Shown piece by piece: positions 17,862-26,585 of a DNA stretch of 62,883 nucleotides. The stretch comes from Planctomycetota bacterium (GTDB lineage: Bacteria > Planctomycetota > Phycisphaerae > Phycisphaerales > UBA1924). Where the stretch lies: assembly GCA_039822905.1 (NCBI GenBank), contig JBCBMF010000001.1, positions 1 through 62,883 on the forward strand, given 5' to 3'. Numbering within the stretch: position 1 is the first letter of the stretch; every line of letters begins with the position of its first letter. The notes under the pieces are model-generated. The model had not been told where the DNA came from, searched no databases, and was given only the letters and a program-made list of their open reading frames with translations. The position numbers and the translations under genes are program-made.

Positions 17862-18326
17862 ATGAAGCTGACCGACCTCATCACCCCAGAATGCGTCGTC
17901 GCCCCGACGCAGGCCGCCGACAAGCACGGCGTCATCGACGAACTTGTCGATGTCCTCGCCGAGCAAGGCAAGGTCACCGACGCGGCCGCCCTCAAAGAAG
18001 CCGTCTGGACCCGCGAGCAGACGCGAACCACCGGCATCGGCCACGGGCTCGCAATCCCCCACGGCAAGTCCGACTCGCTCGGCGACATGGTCATGGCGAT
18101 CGGCAAGCCCGCCGAGCCCATCGACTTCGAGGCCATCGACGGCAAGCCCGTCCGACTCGTCGTCCTGCTCGCCAGCCGGCCCGACCAGACCAGCGACCAC
18201 ATCCAGGCCCTCGCCCATGTCAGCCGTCTGCACATGCAGTCAGAGTTCCGCGAGAAGATCTACGCCGCCGAGTCCGCCGCCGAGATCTACGCGCTCTTGG
18301 TCGAGGCCGAGGCCGGCGCGGGCTGA
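17862..18326 (+). CDS. ptsN: PTS EIIA(Ntr)-type nitrogen regulatory protein
   Basis: 154 aa. The PTS_EIIA_2 fold has the phosphorylatable His context TGIGHGLAIPHGK. Confidence 0.85.
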   Translation: MKLTDLITPECVVAPTQAADKHGVIDELVDVLAEQGKVTDAAALKEAVWTREQTRTTGIGHGLAIPHGKSDSLGDMVMAIGKPAEPIDFEAIDGKPVRLVVLLASRPDQTSDHIQALAHVSRLHMQSEFREKIYAAESAAEIYALLVEAEAGAG

Positions 18327-18964
18327 TCGGCCCCGCCGTTGCGACCGACCTGAGCAGCCGATCCCTCGATCGCCGCCGCCCCGACCGTTTCGAGCGTCGC
18401 GAGCGCACTGTCCGCCGCCGCACGGAACGCATTGTATGGGAACAGCACGACCAGCGCGATCACCAGCCCAAACGCCGTGGTGTACAACGCCTCGCTGATG
18501 CCCGCCGCCATCGCCGTCGTGTCCCGAGCCACCTCGGCGGACCCCAGCAAGCCGAAGCTCTGGATGATGCCAGTGACAGTCCCCAGGATGCCCAGCATCG
18601 GCGCGGCCGTGATAATCGTCGACAGCGTCGGCAGCCAACGCTCCAGCCTCGCACGAACGACGGATCCCGCCGCAAGCACCGCCGCATCCCCGACGGGACC
18701 TTTCCCCGAAGCGGCGAACAACGCATCGACAAAGTCGCCAACAAACCCATCAGGCTTCGACCGTGTTCCAGCGAGCCCGTCCTCGGCGAGCCCGCGGACG
18801 ACCGCCGCGACCTGCTCGGGCCTCGTCCGACGACGCAGCAGCGCGAAATACGCCGCGCGTTCGATGCACAGCGCCACCGCAGCAACACTCATCACGAGCA
18901 AAGGCCAGCCCACCCAGCCGGCACCCGCGAAGATCTCTGCAAGTCGTGAAATCCAACCGCTCAT
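18287..18964 (-). CDS. MotA/TolQ/ExbB proton-channel family protein
   Basis: Three TM helices and the family signature GISEALYTTAFGLVIALVVLFPYNAF. Convergent 40-nt overlap with ptsN. No ExbD/TolR partner nearby. Confidence 0.85.
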   Translation of the reverse strand: MSGWISRLAEIFAGAGWVGWPLLVMSVAAVALCIERAAYFALLRRRTRPEQVAAVVRGLAEDGLAGTRSKPDGFVGDFVDALFAASGKGPVGDAAVLAAGSVVRARLERWLPTLSTIITAAPMLGILGTVTGIIQSFGLLGSAEVARDTTAMAAGISEALYTTAFGLVIALVVLFPYNAFRAAADSALATLETVGAAAIEGSAAQVGRNGGADQPAPASASTKSA

Positions 18965-18973
18965 CGGCGGCGG

Positions 18974-19933
18974 ATGCTACACCACCGATACCATGCCCGC
19001 GTGACAATCACGCCGCACCCGCCGCCAAACGATCACCAAGCCCGATCCGTGCAACTCGATCAACACATCGCTGCTCCCCTCGATGCCGTCGAACGCGAGC
19101 TCGCGCGATGGATCGATGACGCCGGCGCAGGAGGCGACCTCGCCGGCTCACTCCGGGACGCCATGCGATACGCAACACTCGGCGGCGGCAAGCGCCTCCG
19201 CCCGCTGCTGGTCTGGCACGTCTGCGCAACCGCCGGCGGCGACCCGCTCGTCGCCCTGCCAGCGGCCGCCGCAGTCGAGCTGGTGCATGCCTTCAGCCTC
19301 GTCCACGACGACCTGCCCGCCATGGACGACGACGATCTCCGCCGGGGCCGCCCCACCCTCCACGTTCACGCGGGCGAAGCCATGGCCATCCTCGCCGGCG
19401 ATGCCCTCTTCAGCCTCGCCTACGACGCCCTTGCACGGGGCTACGACGATCCGAGTCTCAGCCGAGCCCTCATCGTCGAACTCGCCGGCGGGTCGGCCGG
19501 CATGATCACAGGCCAGGTCTTCGACTCCCTGCCGAAGGCAGACCCGCAGCCCCAAGGCATCGAGGCACTCGAACGGATTCATCGCAACAAGACCGGCACC
19601 CTCATCCGCGCCGCCTGCAAAATGGGCGCGCTGTGTGCAGGCAACGACGCCGCAGTCGAACCGGCCGACCGATTCGGCGCCGCCATCGGCCTCATGTTCC
19701 AAGCCGTCGACGACCTCATCGACGTCGAGCAGCCCGCCGAGCTGACCGGCAAACGCACGGGCAAAGACGCGGAAGCCGGCAAGCTGACCTATCCGGGCCT
19801 GCTCGGCATCGAAGAGACCCGCGCCAGCATCGACAGGCTCAGACGCGTCGCCTCCGAGGCAGCCGGCGAAATCGGACCTGATGCATCCACTTTGATCGCC
19901 ATCACGGACTACCTCGCACGCCGCGACCGATAA
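18974..19933 (+). CDS. ispA: polyprenyl (farnesyl/geranylgeranyl) diphosphate synthase
   Basis: FARM LVHDDLPAMDDDDLRRGRPT and SARM FQAVDDLID. The ATG at 18974 is only 9 nt from the divergent exbB ATG, so the real start may be GTG 19049. Confidence 0.9.
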   Translation: MLHHRYHARVTITPHPPPNDHQARSVQLDQHIAAPLDAVERELARWIDDAGAGGDLAGSLRDAMRYATLGGGKRLRPLLVWHVCATAGGDPLVALPAAAAVELVHAFSLVHDDLPAMDDDDLRRGRPTLHVHAGEAMAILAGDALFSLAYDALARGYDDPSLSRALIVELAGGSAGMITGQVFDSLPKADPQPQGIEALERIHRNKTGTLIRAACKMGALCAGNDAAVEPADRFGAAIGLMFQAVDDLIDVEQPAELTGKRTGKDAEAGKLTYPGLLGIEETRASIDRLRRVASEAAGEIGPDASTLIAITDYLARRDR

Positions 19934-20095
19934 AGTGGCTCTGAGGCCGCCAGAGAGCACGGCACGCGGCGAGTTAGTACAGTCGCTTCAGAAGAAGCTG
20001 AAAATATCACGCCAGTTCGGACACGTTTCTCTTTCATCGACGAACACGCCACAGGCCAGGCCCGAACAACGCGTCAACGCCTCAAGAGATCACGG

Positions 20096-22084
20096 ATGAA
20101 CCACCTGCCCAACCTCACTTCGCCATCCGACCTCAAAGCCATGCCGGTCGACAGGCTCCCCGAGGTCGCGGCAGAGATCCGATCCGCGATCATCGATCAG
20201 GTGCAAACCACGGGCGGCCACCTCGCGCCCAACCTCGGCGTCGTCGAGCTCACCCTCGCGATGCACTACGTCTTCGACTTCGGCCACGACCGCCTGCTCT
20301 TCGACGTGGGCCACCAGTGCTACCCCCACAAGCTCGTCACCGGCCGCTACGACAAGCTCGCCAAGCTCCGCACCCGCGAGGGCATGGCGGGCTTCCCCGA
20401 GCCCCGCGAGAGCAAGTACGACCTCTTCTCGGTCGGCCACGCCGGCACCGGCATCTCCACCGCCGTTGGCATGGCGCGGGGCGACACCCTCGCAGGCCAG
20501 GCCTTCGACCCCAAAGCCAACCCAACGGGCCGCCGCGTCGCCACCATCATCGGCGACGCCTCCATCGTCAACGGCGTCGCCATGGAGGGCCTTAACAACG
20601 CAGGCACGCTCAAGCGCCAGTTTCTCGTTGTCCTCAACGACAACGGCATGTCCATCGCCAAGCCCCAGGGCGCGATGGCCCAATACTTCGACCGCGTACG
20701 GCTCAGCCACACCTACACGGGGTTCAAAAAGTCGGCCAAGACCGTCCTCGACAACATGCCCGGCGGCGGCGCACTCAAGGACGCCTACCACCGCATGGGC
20801 GAAGCCACCAAGGCCATGCTCGCCGAGAACGCCTGGTTCGAGCACTTCGGTCTTGTCACCGTGGGCCCGATCGACGGCCACAACATCCCCGAGCTCATCG
20901 AGTTCATGACCGAAGCCCGCGAGTTCGACCGCCCCATGGTCCTGCATGTCAAGACCGTCAAGGGCAAGGGCCTCGACGTCGCCGAGGGCGACGCGACCAC
21001 GTTCCACTCGCCCAAGCCCTTCAAGATCGACCGCGACGACGACGCCAAAGACTGCCGCATCGAGATCGCTACCGGAGGCCGCTCCTTCACCAGCGCGTTC
21101 GGCGACGCCATGGTCGACCTGATGGGCCGCGACGAGAAGGTCGTCGCCTGCACCGCCGCCATGCCCGGAGGCACCGGCATCGACAAGGTGCTCCCCGAGT
21201 TTCCGGACCGCACCTGGGACGTCGGCATCTGCGAGTCGCACGCCATGGACATGATGGCGGGCCTTGCCAAGACCGGCTTCAAGCCATTCTTCGCCGTGTA
21301 CTCCACGTTTCTCCAGCGAGCGTTCGACCAGGCGTTTCAGGAAGTCTCGCTCCAGGGCCTGCCGGTCCGGCTTTGCCTTGACCGCGCCGGTCTCGTCGGC
21401 GGCGACGGCGCCGTCCACCACGGCTTCTGCGATGTCTCCATCCTCCGCACGCTGCCCGACGCCGCCCTGACCGCCGCCATTGACGAGCCGAGCCTCATCG
21501 CCGCCCTCGAGTTCATGCGCGACTACGACGACGGCCTCTCAGCCGTCCGCTACCCGCGCGACGACGTATCCGACCGCTTCGGCGACGCACCGCCGTTCGA
21601 ACTCGGCAAGGCCCGCTGCCTCACGCCCGATCTCGACGTGCTCGCCGGCAACACGCCCGACGTCGCCGTCCTCGCCTTCGGCACGCCGGCGGTGGCAGCC
21701 ACGCAAGCGGCCGACGACCTCGCCGGCGAATACCGCGTCGCCGTCTATGACGCCCGCTTCGCCAAGCCTGTCGACGCCCAGCTCATCCGCGCGTTGCTCA
21801 CCGCCGGCGTCCCGGTCGTCACCGCGGAAGACCACTCCATCGTCGGCGGCTTCGGCGCCGCCGTACTCGAGTCGGCCCAGGAGCAAGGCCTCGACGCCTC
21901 CCGCGTCCACCGCTCGGGCCTGCCCGACAGTTGGGTCTACCAGGACAGCCGATCGAATCAGCTCGCCGAGGTCGGCCTCGACGGCGCGGGCCTCGCCCGC
22001 GCGATCCGAGCCGCCGCGGACAGCGACTCGACCTTGTCGACCGCCGAGGCCAAGCCCGAGACCCGCGAGCCGGCGAGCCGCTGA
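20096..22084 (+). CDS. dxs: 1-deoxy-D-xylulose-5-phosphate synthase
   Basis: 662 aa. HLAPNLGVVELTLAMHYVF, DVGHQCYPHKLVTGR, GDASIVNGVAMEGLNNAG, CESHAMDMMAGLA. The ispA-dxs order is as in many bacteria. Confidence 0.95.
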   Translation: MNHLPNLTSPSDLKAMPVDRLPEVAAEIRSAIIDQVQTTGGHLAPNLGVVELTLAMHYVFDFGHDRLLFDVGHQCYPHKLVTGRYDKLAKLRTREGMAGFPEPRESKYDLFSVGHAGTGISTAVGMARGDTLAGQAFDPKANPTGRRVATIIGDASIVNGVAMEGLNNAGTLKRQFLVVLNDNGMSIAKPQGAMAQYFDRVRLSHTYTGFKKSAKTVLDNMPGGGALKDAYHRMGEATKAMLAENAWFEHFGLVTVGPIDGHNIPELIEFMTEAREFDRPMVLHVKTVKGKGLDVAEGDATTFHSPKPFKIDRDDDAKDCRIEIATGGRSFTSAFGDAMVDLMGRDEKVVACTAAMPGGTGIDKVLPEFPDRTWDVGICESHAMDMMAGLAKTGFKPFFAVYSTFLQRAFDQAFQEVSLQGLPVRLCLDRAGLVGGDGAVHHGFCDVSILRTLPDAALTAAIDEPSLIAALEFMRDYDDGLSAVRYPRDDVSDRFGDAPPFELGKARCLTPDLDVLAGNTPDVAVLAFGTPAVAATQAADDLAGEYRVAVYDARFAKPVDAQLIRALLTAGVPVVTAEDHSIVGGFGAAVLESAQEQGLDASRVHRSGLPDSWVYQDSRSNQLAEVGLDGAGLARAIRAAADSDSTLSTAEAKPETREPASR

Positions 22085-22126
22085 GATCCGACGTACGCTG
22101 CCGGCGAGAAACTCCGGAGCCGCCCG

Positions 22127-23002
22127 ATCGCAGACCGCCGACGCATCCTGCTCGTTGTCAACCCCGCCAAGGCGGCCTCGCCAGATGACATCGCCGCGCT
22201 CGAAGCCCTCATCGCCGAGCATGCCACGCTCATACGCTCCATCCACACCAACGGCGACGACGAGGCACCTAACAAGGAAGCAGCCGACGCCGACCTGATC
22301 GTCGTCCTCGGCGGCGACGGCACCCTGCTCGCCCAGTCCCGCCGGTTCGCGCACCTCGGCAAGCCGATCCTTGGCATCAACGCCGGCAAGCTGGGCTTCC
22401 TCGCCGAGTTCACGCTCGACGACGTCCGCGATCAGGCCCCCCACCTCTTCGGCAACCCGAACCTCAGCACCCGCAGCGTCCCGATGCTCCGCGTCGAACT
22501 CGTCGGCTCGAGCGACCCCGTCGTCGGCCACGCCCTCAACGAAGCCGTCGTCACCGCCGGCCCGCCCTACCGCGTCATCGAGCTCGGCATCACCATCGAA
22601 GGCGAACCCGGCCCCGCCGTCCGCGGCGACGGCATCATCGTCTCCACCAGCCTCGGCTCCACCGCCTACAACGTTTCCGCGGGCGGCCCGATCGTCCACC
22701 CCGGCGTCGACGCCACGCTCATCACGCCCATCGCCGCCCACTCGCTCGCCTTCCGACCCATCGCCGTGCCGGGCGCTTCAGCGATCGAGCTCGCGCCCAC
22801 CCAGCTCAACGACGACGGCGACGACGGCACCACACTCGTGCTCGACGGCCAGATCCAACGCCGCATCCACTCGGGCGAACGCGTCAGCATCACCCGCAGC
22901 GATCAAGCCGTCCAGCTCGTGACCAACACCGCCGGCAGCTACTGGCGCACGCTCATCGACAAGCTGCATTGGGCCAAGCCGCCTGCCATCCGCAACCGCT
23001 AA
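22127..23002 (+). CDS. nadK: NAD(+) kinase (start codon non-canonical or unresolved)
   Basis: ILLVVNP..., DLIVVLGGDGTLL, INAGKLGFLAEF, NEAVV, DGIIVSTSLGSTAYNVSAGGPIV. The homology begins near 22142, but the first ATG/GTG/TTG in this frame is at 22484. The coordinate 22127 is an ATC with a GGAG 7 nt upstream. CTG 22148 is an alternative. Confidence 0.8.
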   Translation: MADRRRILLVVNPAKAASPDDIAALEALIAEHATLIRSIHTNGDDEAPNKEAADADLIVVLGGDGTLLAQSRRFAHLGKPILGINAGKLGFLAEFTLDDVRDQAPHLFGNPNLSTRSVPMLRVELVGSSDPVVGHALNEAVVTAGPPYRVIELGITIEGEPGPAVRGDGIIVSTSLGSTAYNVSAGGPIVHPGVDATLITPIAAHSLAFRPIAVPGASAIELAPTQLNDDGDDGTTLVLDGQIQRRIHSGERVSITRSDQAVQLVTNTAGSYWRTLIDKLHWAKPPAIRNR

Positions 23003-23006
23003 GGCC

Positions 23007-26000
23007 TCACGCCGCGGCCGCAGGCCGAGGTGTCGAAAGCACCGGATCAGGCTGCCGGCCCAAGAGCTGCCGCAACCCCCGGCTCATGTCGATCATCAGC
23101 CCGAGCATCAGCGGCACAAGCACCAGCGTAAACACGGTCGACACCAGCAACCCGCCCACAACAACCGACCCGAGCCCGCGATACATCTCGCTGCCCGCGC
23201 CCGGCACCAGCACCAACGGCAGCATGCCGCCCACCGACGTCATCGTGCTCATAAAGATCGGCCGCACCCGCGTCCGCACCGCCTGCGAGATCGCCTCGAC
23301 CGGCGTGAGGGCGTCAGCCTTGTCATCCGCCGACTCGCCGACCCCCTTCATGAAGTTCAGCGACTGATGCACAATCAAGATCGCGTTGTTCACCACGATG
23401 CCGACCAGGATCACGAAGCCCAGCATCGTTAGCACATCGAGCTGCTGCGTCGCGATCGTCGGGTCCGCGGCCGTCGTCGCATGCACGATCGCAAGCCCGC
23501 CGAACCCGCCGACCACCGCCAGCGGCACGGTCAGCATGATCACGAACGGGTACATGAAGCTCTCAAACAGCGCCGCCATCAGCAGGTACGTCACCATCAG
23601 CGCCCACACAAACCGTGCCGTCGACAGCTGCGGCTGATCCGCCGCCAGGAACAGCACGCCGCCGATGATCGAGAGCAGCAGCAGCGCGCCGACGCCGCCG
23701 TAGCCGAACGCAAGCCTGCCCCCGCCGATTGCACGGGCAAAACCGAAAACCGCGAACCCGATGCCGACCAACGCGATGCCCACGCCGATGATTTTCACCG
23801 GCCCGGCGAGCGACGACTCGGTCTCCTCGCCCGGCACAGCCTTGCCGAACAGCGCCGCCTGCACCTCGTCGAGCTTCGCCGCCGTTCCTTCGAGCCGCAC
23901 ACGCATCGTGCGATCGATCAGTCCCTGGTCCCGCGCGGGCTGGATAAACTTCGCATCCACATCCGCGATCACGTCCTGCACCGCCATCCCAGGCGGCGGA
24001 GAGATCAGCAGCTTCACCGCCGGCAGCTCCTCGATCCGCTGGATCGACTGCGGCGCCGTCGTCCGCGTCACCGTCACCAGCGTGTCGAGCGGCACAACAG
24101 GCCCCGCCGGCGTCGCCACCGGGATCTCCGCCATGCTCTCGATGTAGTCCAGCTCGCCGCCGTCGGGCACGACGACCATGTCCACCGCCTCACCGCCGAG
24201 CCGGAAGTCATCGACAAACGCGCCGTCGAACAAGCCTCGCACGACCGTACCCACCGCGGCTGTGCTCAGCCCCATCTCACGCGCCGGCGACGTCAGCTCC
24301 GCCTGAATCTCGGGTTGACCAAGGTTGAAGTTGCCCGGGTCGGGCCGAACGCGCCCGGGCCCGTACGCCTCATCGCCGAAAGCCGCCATCATGATCGACT
24401 CGGCCGCCGCGACCACGCGATCGAGCTCGGGCCCCATGATCTCGATGTTCACCGTGTTGCCGCCGCCGACACCCCGGCCGAACAGCGACGACTGCTGTGC
24501 ACCGCCGAACGTATCGGGCAGCGTGTTCATCGCGTTGGTCAGCAGCTGACCGACCGGGATGACCACCTGGTCGTCGCCGCTCACCGCGCCGGCGAACATG
24601 CCGCCGCCAAAGGCACCAATGAAAAAGTTCTGCACCGGCACCGGCTCATAGCTCGGCCCGCCCGGCCCACCAAACCCGATCGGGATCTCAGGCAATTCCG
24701 CGATGTCGCGGTCCTCCGCCTCGAGCACGTGCTCCATGTACGGCAGAACCTGATCCTCAATTCGATTCGCAAATTCCGTCATCTCATCCACGCTCATCCC
24801 CGGAGGAATGAGCATGCCGCCGAACACAAGGTTCCGGTTGCCCGCCGGCAGGTAATCAAGAGGCGGCGCAAGCGTGAGCGCACCGAAGATGCTCAGCCCC
24901 GCCATCACCACGATCACCAGAGGCCGAAGCGTCCACCCCAGCACGCCTCGCTGGATCACACCCAGCAGCGAGCCGAACCCTGCAACCACTTTGCCGAGCA
25001 GCGTGCCGAGACCAAACAGGTCCTGCCACGCCGCCCGCAGCGGGCCGACGCGCTCACGCTTGGGCTTCAGCCACCGCGAGCACGCCGCAGGGATCACCGT
25101 AATCGAGACCACGAGCGACAGCACGACCGACGCCACGATCGCGATCGCGATGTCGCGGAACAGCTGCCCCGCTTCTTCCTCGATCGTCAGCACCGGGATG
25201 AACACCGCCACGGTCGTCAGCGTCGACGCGAGGATCGCGCCCCAGACTTCCCTGCCACCCCGGTACGCCGCCTGCATGGGCGGGTCGCCCTCCTGCACGC
25301 GCCGGTAGATGTTCTCGAGCACAACGATCGCGTTATCGACAACCATCCCAACCGCGAACGCCAGCCCCGCGAGCGACACCACGTTCAGCGTCCGCCCGAG
25401 CCCCAGCATCACCAGGAACGTCCCCACGACCGAGATCGGGATCGCGAGCGCGACAACGCCGGTCGTGACCAGCGACCGCAGGAACAGCAGCAGCACGAAC
25501 GCCGCGATCGCGCCGCCGATGTACAAGTTCTGCGTCACCAGCTCGATCGAGCTATCGATGTAGATCGTCTCGTCGTACACCTGCCGCATCCGCAGGTCCG
25601 GGCCGGCCGTCGGGTGCAGCGTGGGCAGGATTTCCGCGCGCACCTCGTCGAGCCGCAGCTTCAGCTCGTCCATCACCTCGACAACGTTCGCGCCCGACTG
25701 CCGGATGCAGTTCATCGCAATCGAGGGATTGCCAAACGCCCGCACAAACCCCCGCTTCTTCTGATGCCCGAACTCGACCTCGGCAACATCCCGCACATAC
25801 ACGGGCCGACCCTCGCGGTACGCGACCACCGTCGAGAGCACGTCCTCTTCCGTCTCGAACTGGCCCACGACGCGCACGCGGTAGTCCCGCTTGCCCTCGG
25901 CCAGCGACCCCGCGCTCACGTTGGTGTTCTCACCGCGCAGCGCCGCGATCACATCGCCGATGTTCAGCTGCCGCAGTGCGAGCGCCTCGTTGTCCGCCAT

Positions 26001-26582
26001 CACGCGGACCTCGCGCTCCCGACCGCCGAAGATGTTGATCTCCGCCACGCCATCGATCCGCTCCAAGAACGGCTTGACCTCCTTGTCGAGCCGATCAAAC
26101 AGCGTCGTGATGTCAAAGTCCGGGTGCCGGGATGCGACCTCGGGATCGAGGTCGATGATGATCCACGCGATCGCGTTCTCGCTCGCGCCGTCCGCCGCCT
26201 TGATCGTCGGCTCATCGACCTCGTCCGGGTAGTCCGGCACCTGCCGCAGCGCGTCGCTCGTCTCCTGCAGCGCCCGACTCACATCCGTGCCGATGTAAAA
26301 CTCGAGCGAGATCGTGCTCTGCCCCTCGCTCGACACCGAGGTCATCGTCTTGAGGTTTGCGACGTTCTTGAGCCGCTCCTCCTGCTCCTTCGTGATCTCG
26401 TCGACGATCTCCTGCGGGCTCCGGCCGGGCCACTCGGTCTCGACCGTGATCTCGGGGCGGTCAACCGTGGGCGTCAGCTGCACGGGGATCGCCGTCAGCC
26501 CGATCAGGCCGAACATCACGAGCAGCAGCACACCGACCGTCACCCCGACCGGCTTCGAGATCGCCAGCTTGACAATATCCAT
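23007..26582 (-). CDS. RND-family efflux transporter permease (AcrB/HAE-type)
   Basis: 1191 aa. 12-TM RND layout with conserved blocks LAGLAFAVGMVVDNAIVVLENIYRR and GFVILVGIVVNNAILIVH. Confidence 0.93.
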   Translation of the reverse strand: MDIVKLAISKPVGVTVGVLLLVMFGLIGLTAIPVQLTPTVDRPEITVETEWPGRSPQEIVDEITKEQEERLKNVANLKTMTSVSSEGQSTISLEFYIGTDVSRALQETSDALRQVPDYPDEVDEPTIKAADGASENAIAWIIIDLDPEVASRHPDFDITTLFDRLDKEVKPFLERIDGVAEINIFGGREREVRVMADNEALALRQLNIGDVIAALRGENTNVSAGSLAEGKRDYRVRVVGQFETEEDVLSTVVAYREGRPVYVRDVAEVEFGHQKKRGFVRAFGNPSIAMNCIRQSGANVVEVMDELKLRLDEVRAEILPTLHPTAGPDLRMRQVYDETIYIDSSIELVTQNLYIGGAIAAFVLLLFLRSLVTTGVVALAIPISVVGTFLVMLGLGRTLNVVSLAGLAFAVGMVVDNAIVVLENIYRRVQEGDPPMQAAYRGGREVWGAILASTLTTVAVFIPVLTIEEEAGQLFRDIAIAIVASVVLSLVVSITVIPAACSRWLKPKRERVGPLRAAWQDLFGLGTLLGKVVAGFGSLLGVIQRGVLGWTLRPLVIVVMAGLSIFGALTLAPPLDYLPAGNRNLVFGGMLIPPGMSVDEMTEFANRIEDQVLPYMEHVLEAEDRDIAELPEIPIGFGGPGGPSYEPVPVQNFFIGAFGGGMFAGAVSGDDQVVIPVGQLLTNAMNTLPDTFGGAQQSSLFGRGVGGGNTVNIEIMGPELDRVVAAAESIMMAAFGDEAYGPGRVRPDPGNFNLGQPEIQAELTSPAREMGLSTAAVGTVVRGLFDGAFVDDFRLGGEAVDMVVVPDGGELDYIESMAEIPVATPAGPVVPLDTLVTVTRTTAPQSIQRIEELPAVKLLISPPPGMAVQDVIADVDAKFIQPARDQGLIDRTMRVRLEGTAAKLDEVQAALFGKAVPGEETESSLAGPVKIIGVGIALVGIGFAVFGFARAIGGGRLAFGYGGVGALLLLSIIGGVLFLAADQPQLSTARFVWALMVTYLLMAALFESFMYPFVIMLTVPLAVVGGFGGLAIVHATTAADPTIATQQLDVLTMLGFVILVGIVVNNAILIVHQSLNFMKGVGESADDKADALTPVEAISQAVRTRVRPIFMSTMTSVGGMLPLVLVPGAGSEMYRGLGSVVVGGLLVSTVFTLVLVPLMLGLMIDMSRGLRQLLGRQPDPVLSTPRPAAAA

Positions 26583-26585
26583 GGC

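Noticed and set aside
15754-18949. Long plus-strand ORFs 15754-17577 (607 aa) and 16913-18949 (678 aa)
   Set aside because: These are alternative frames or antisense of the histidine kinase, rsmB, ptsN and exbB. Their translations are Ser/Pro/Arg-rich junk, whereas the overlapping calls have clear family motifs.
19971-19980. GAGTTAGTAC upstream of dxs, resembling the start of the 19-nt lipoprotein motif (GAGTTAGTGC)
   Set aside because: Only 8-9 nt are shared and the dyad half CTAAC is missing. This is within the range of chance for an AT-rich promoter region.
20090-21421. 443-aa minus-strand ORF antisense to dxs (similar cases at 21539-22741, 28812-30596, 37481-38812 and 45245-46390)
   Set aside because: These are Gly/Ala/Asp/Val-rich mirror ORFs of well-supported genes on the other strand. 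There is no independent evidence for them.
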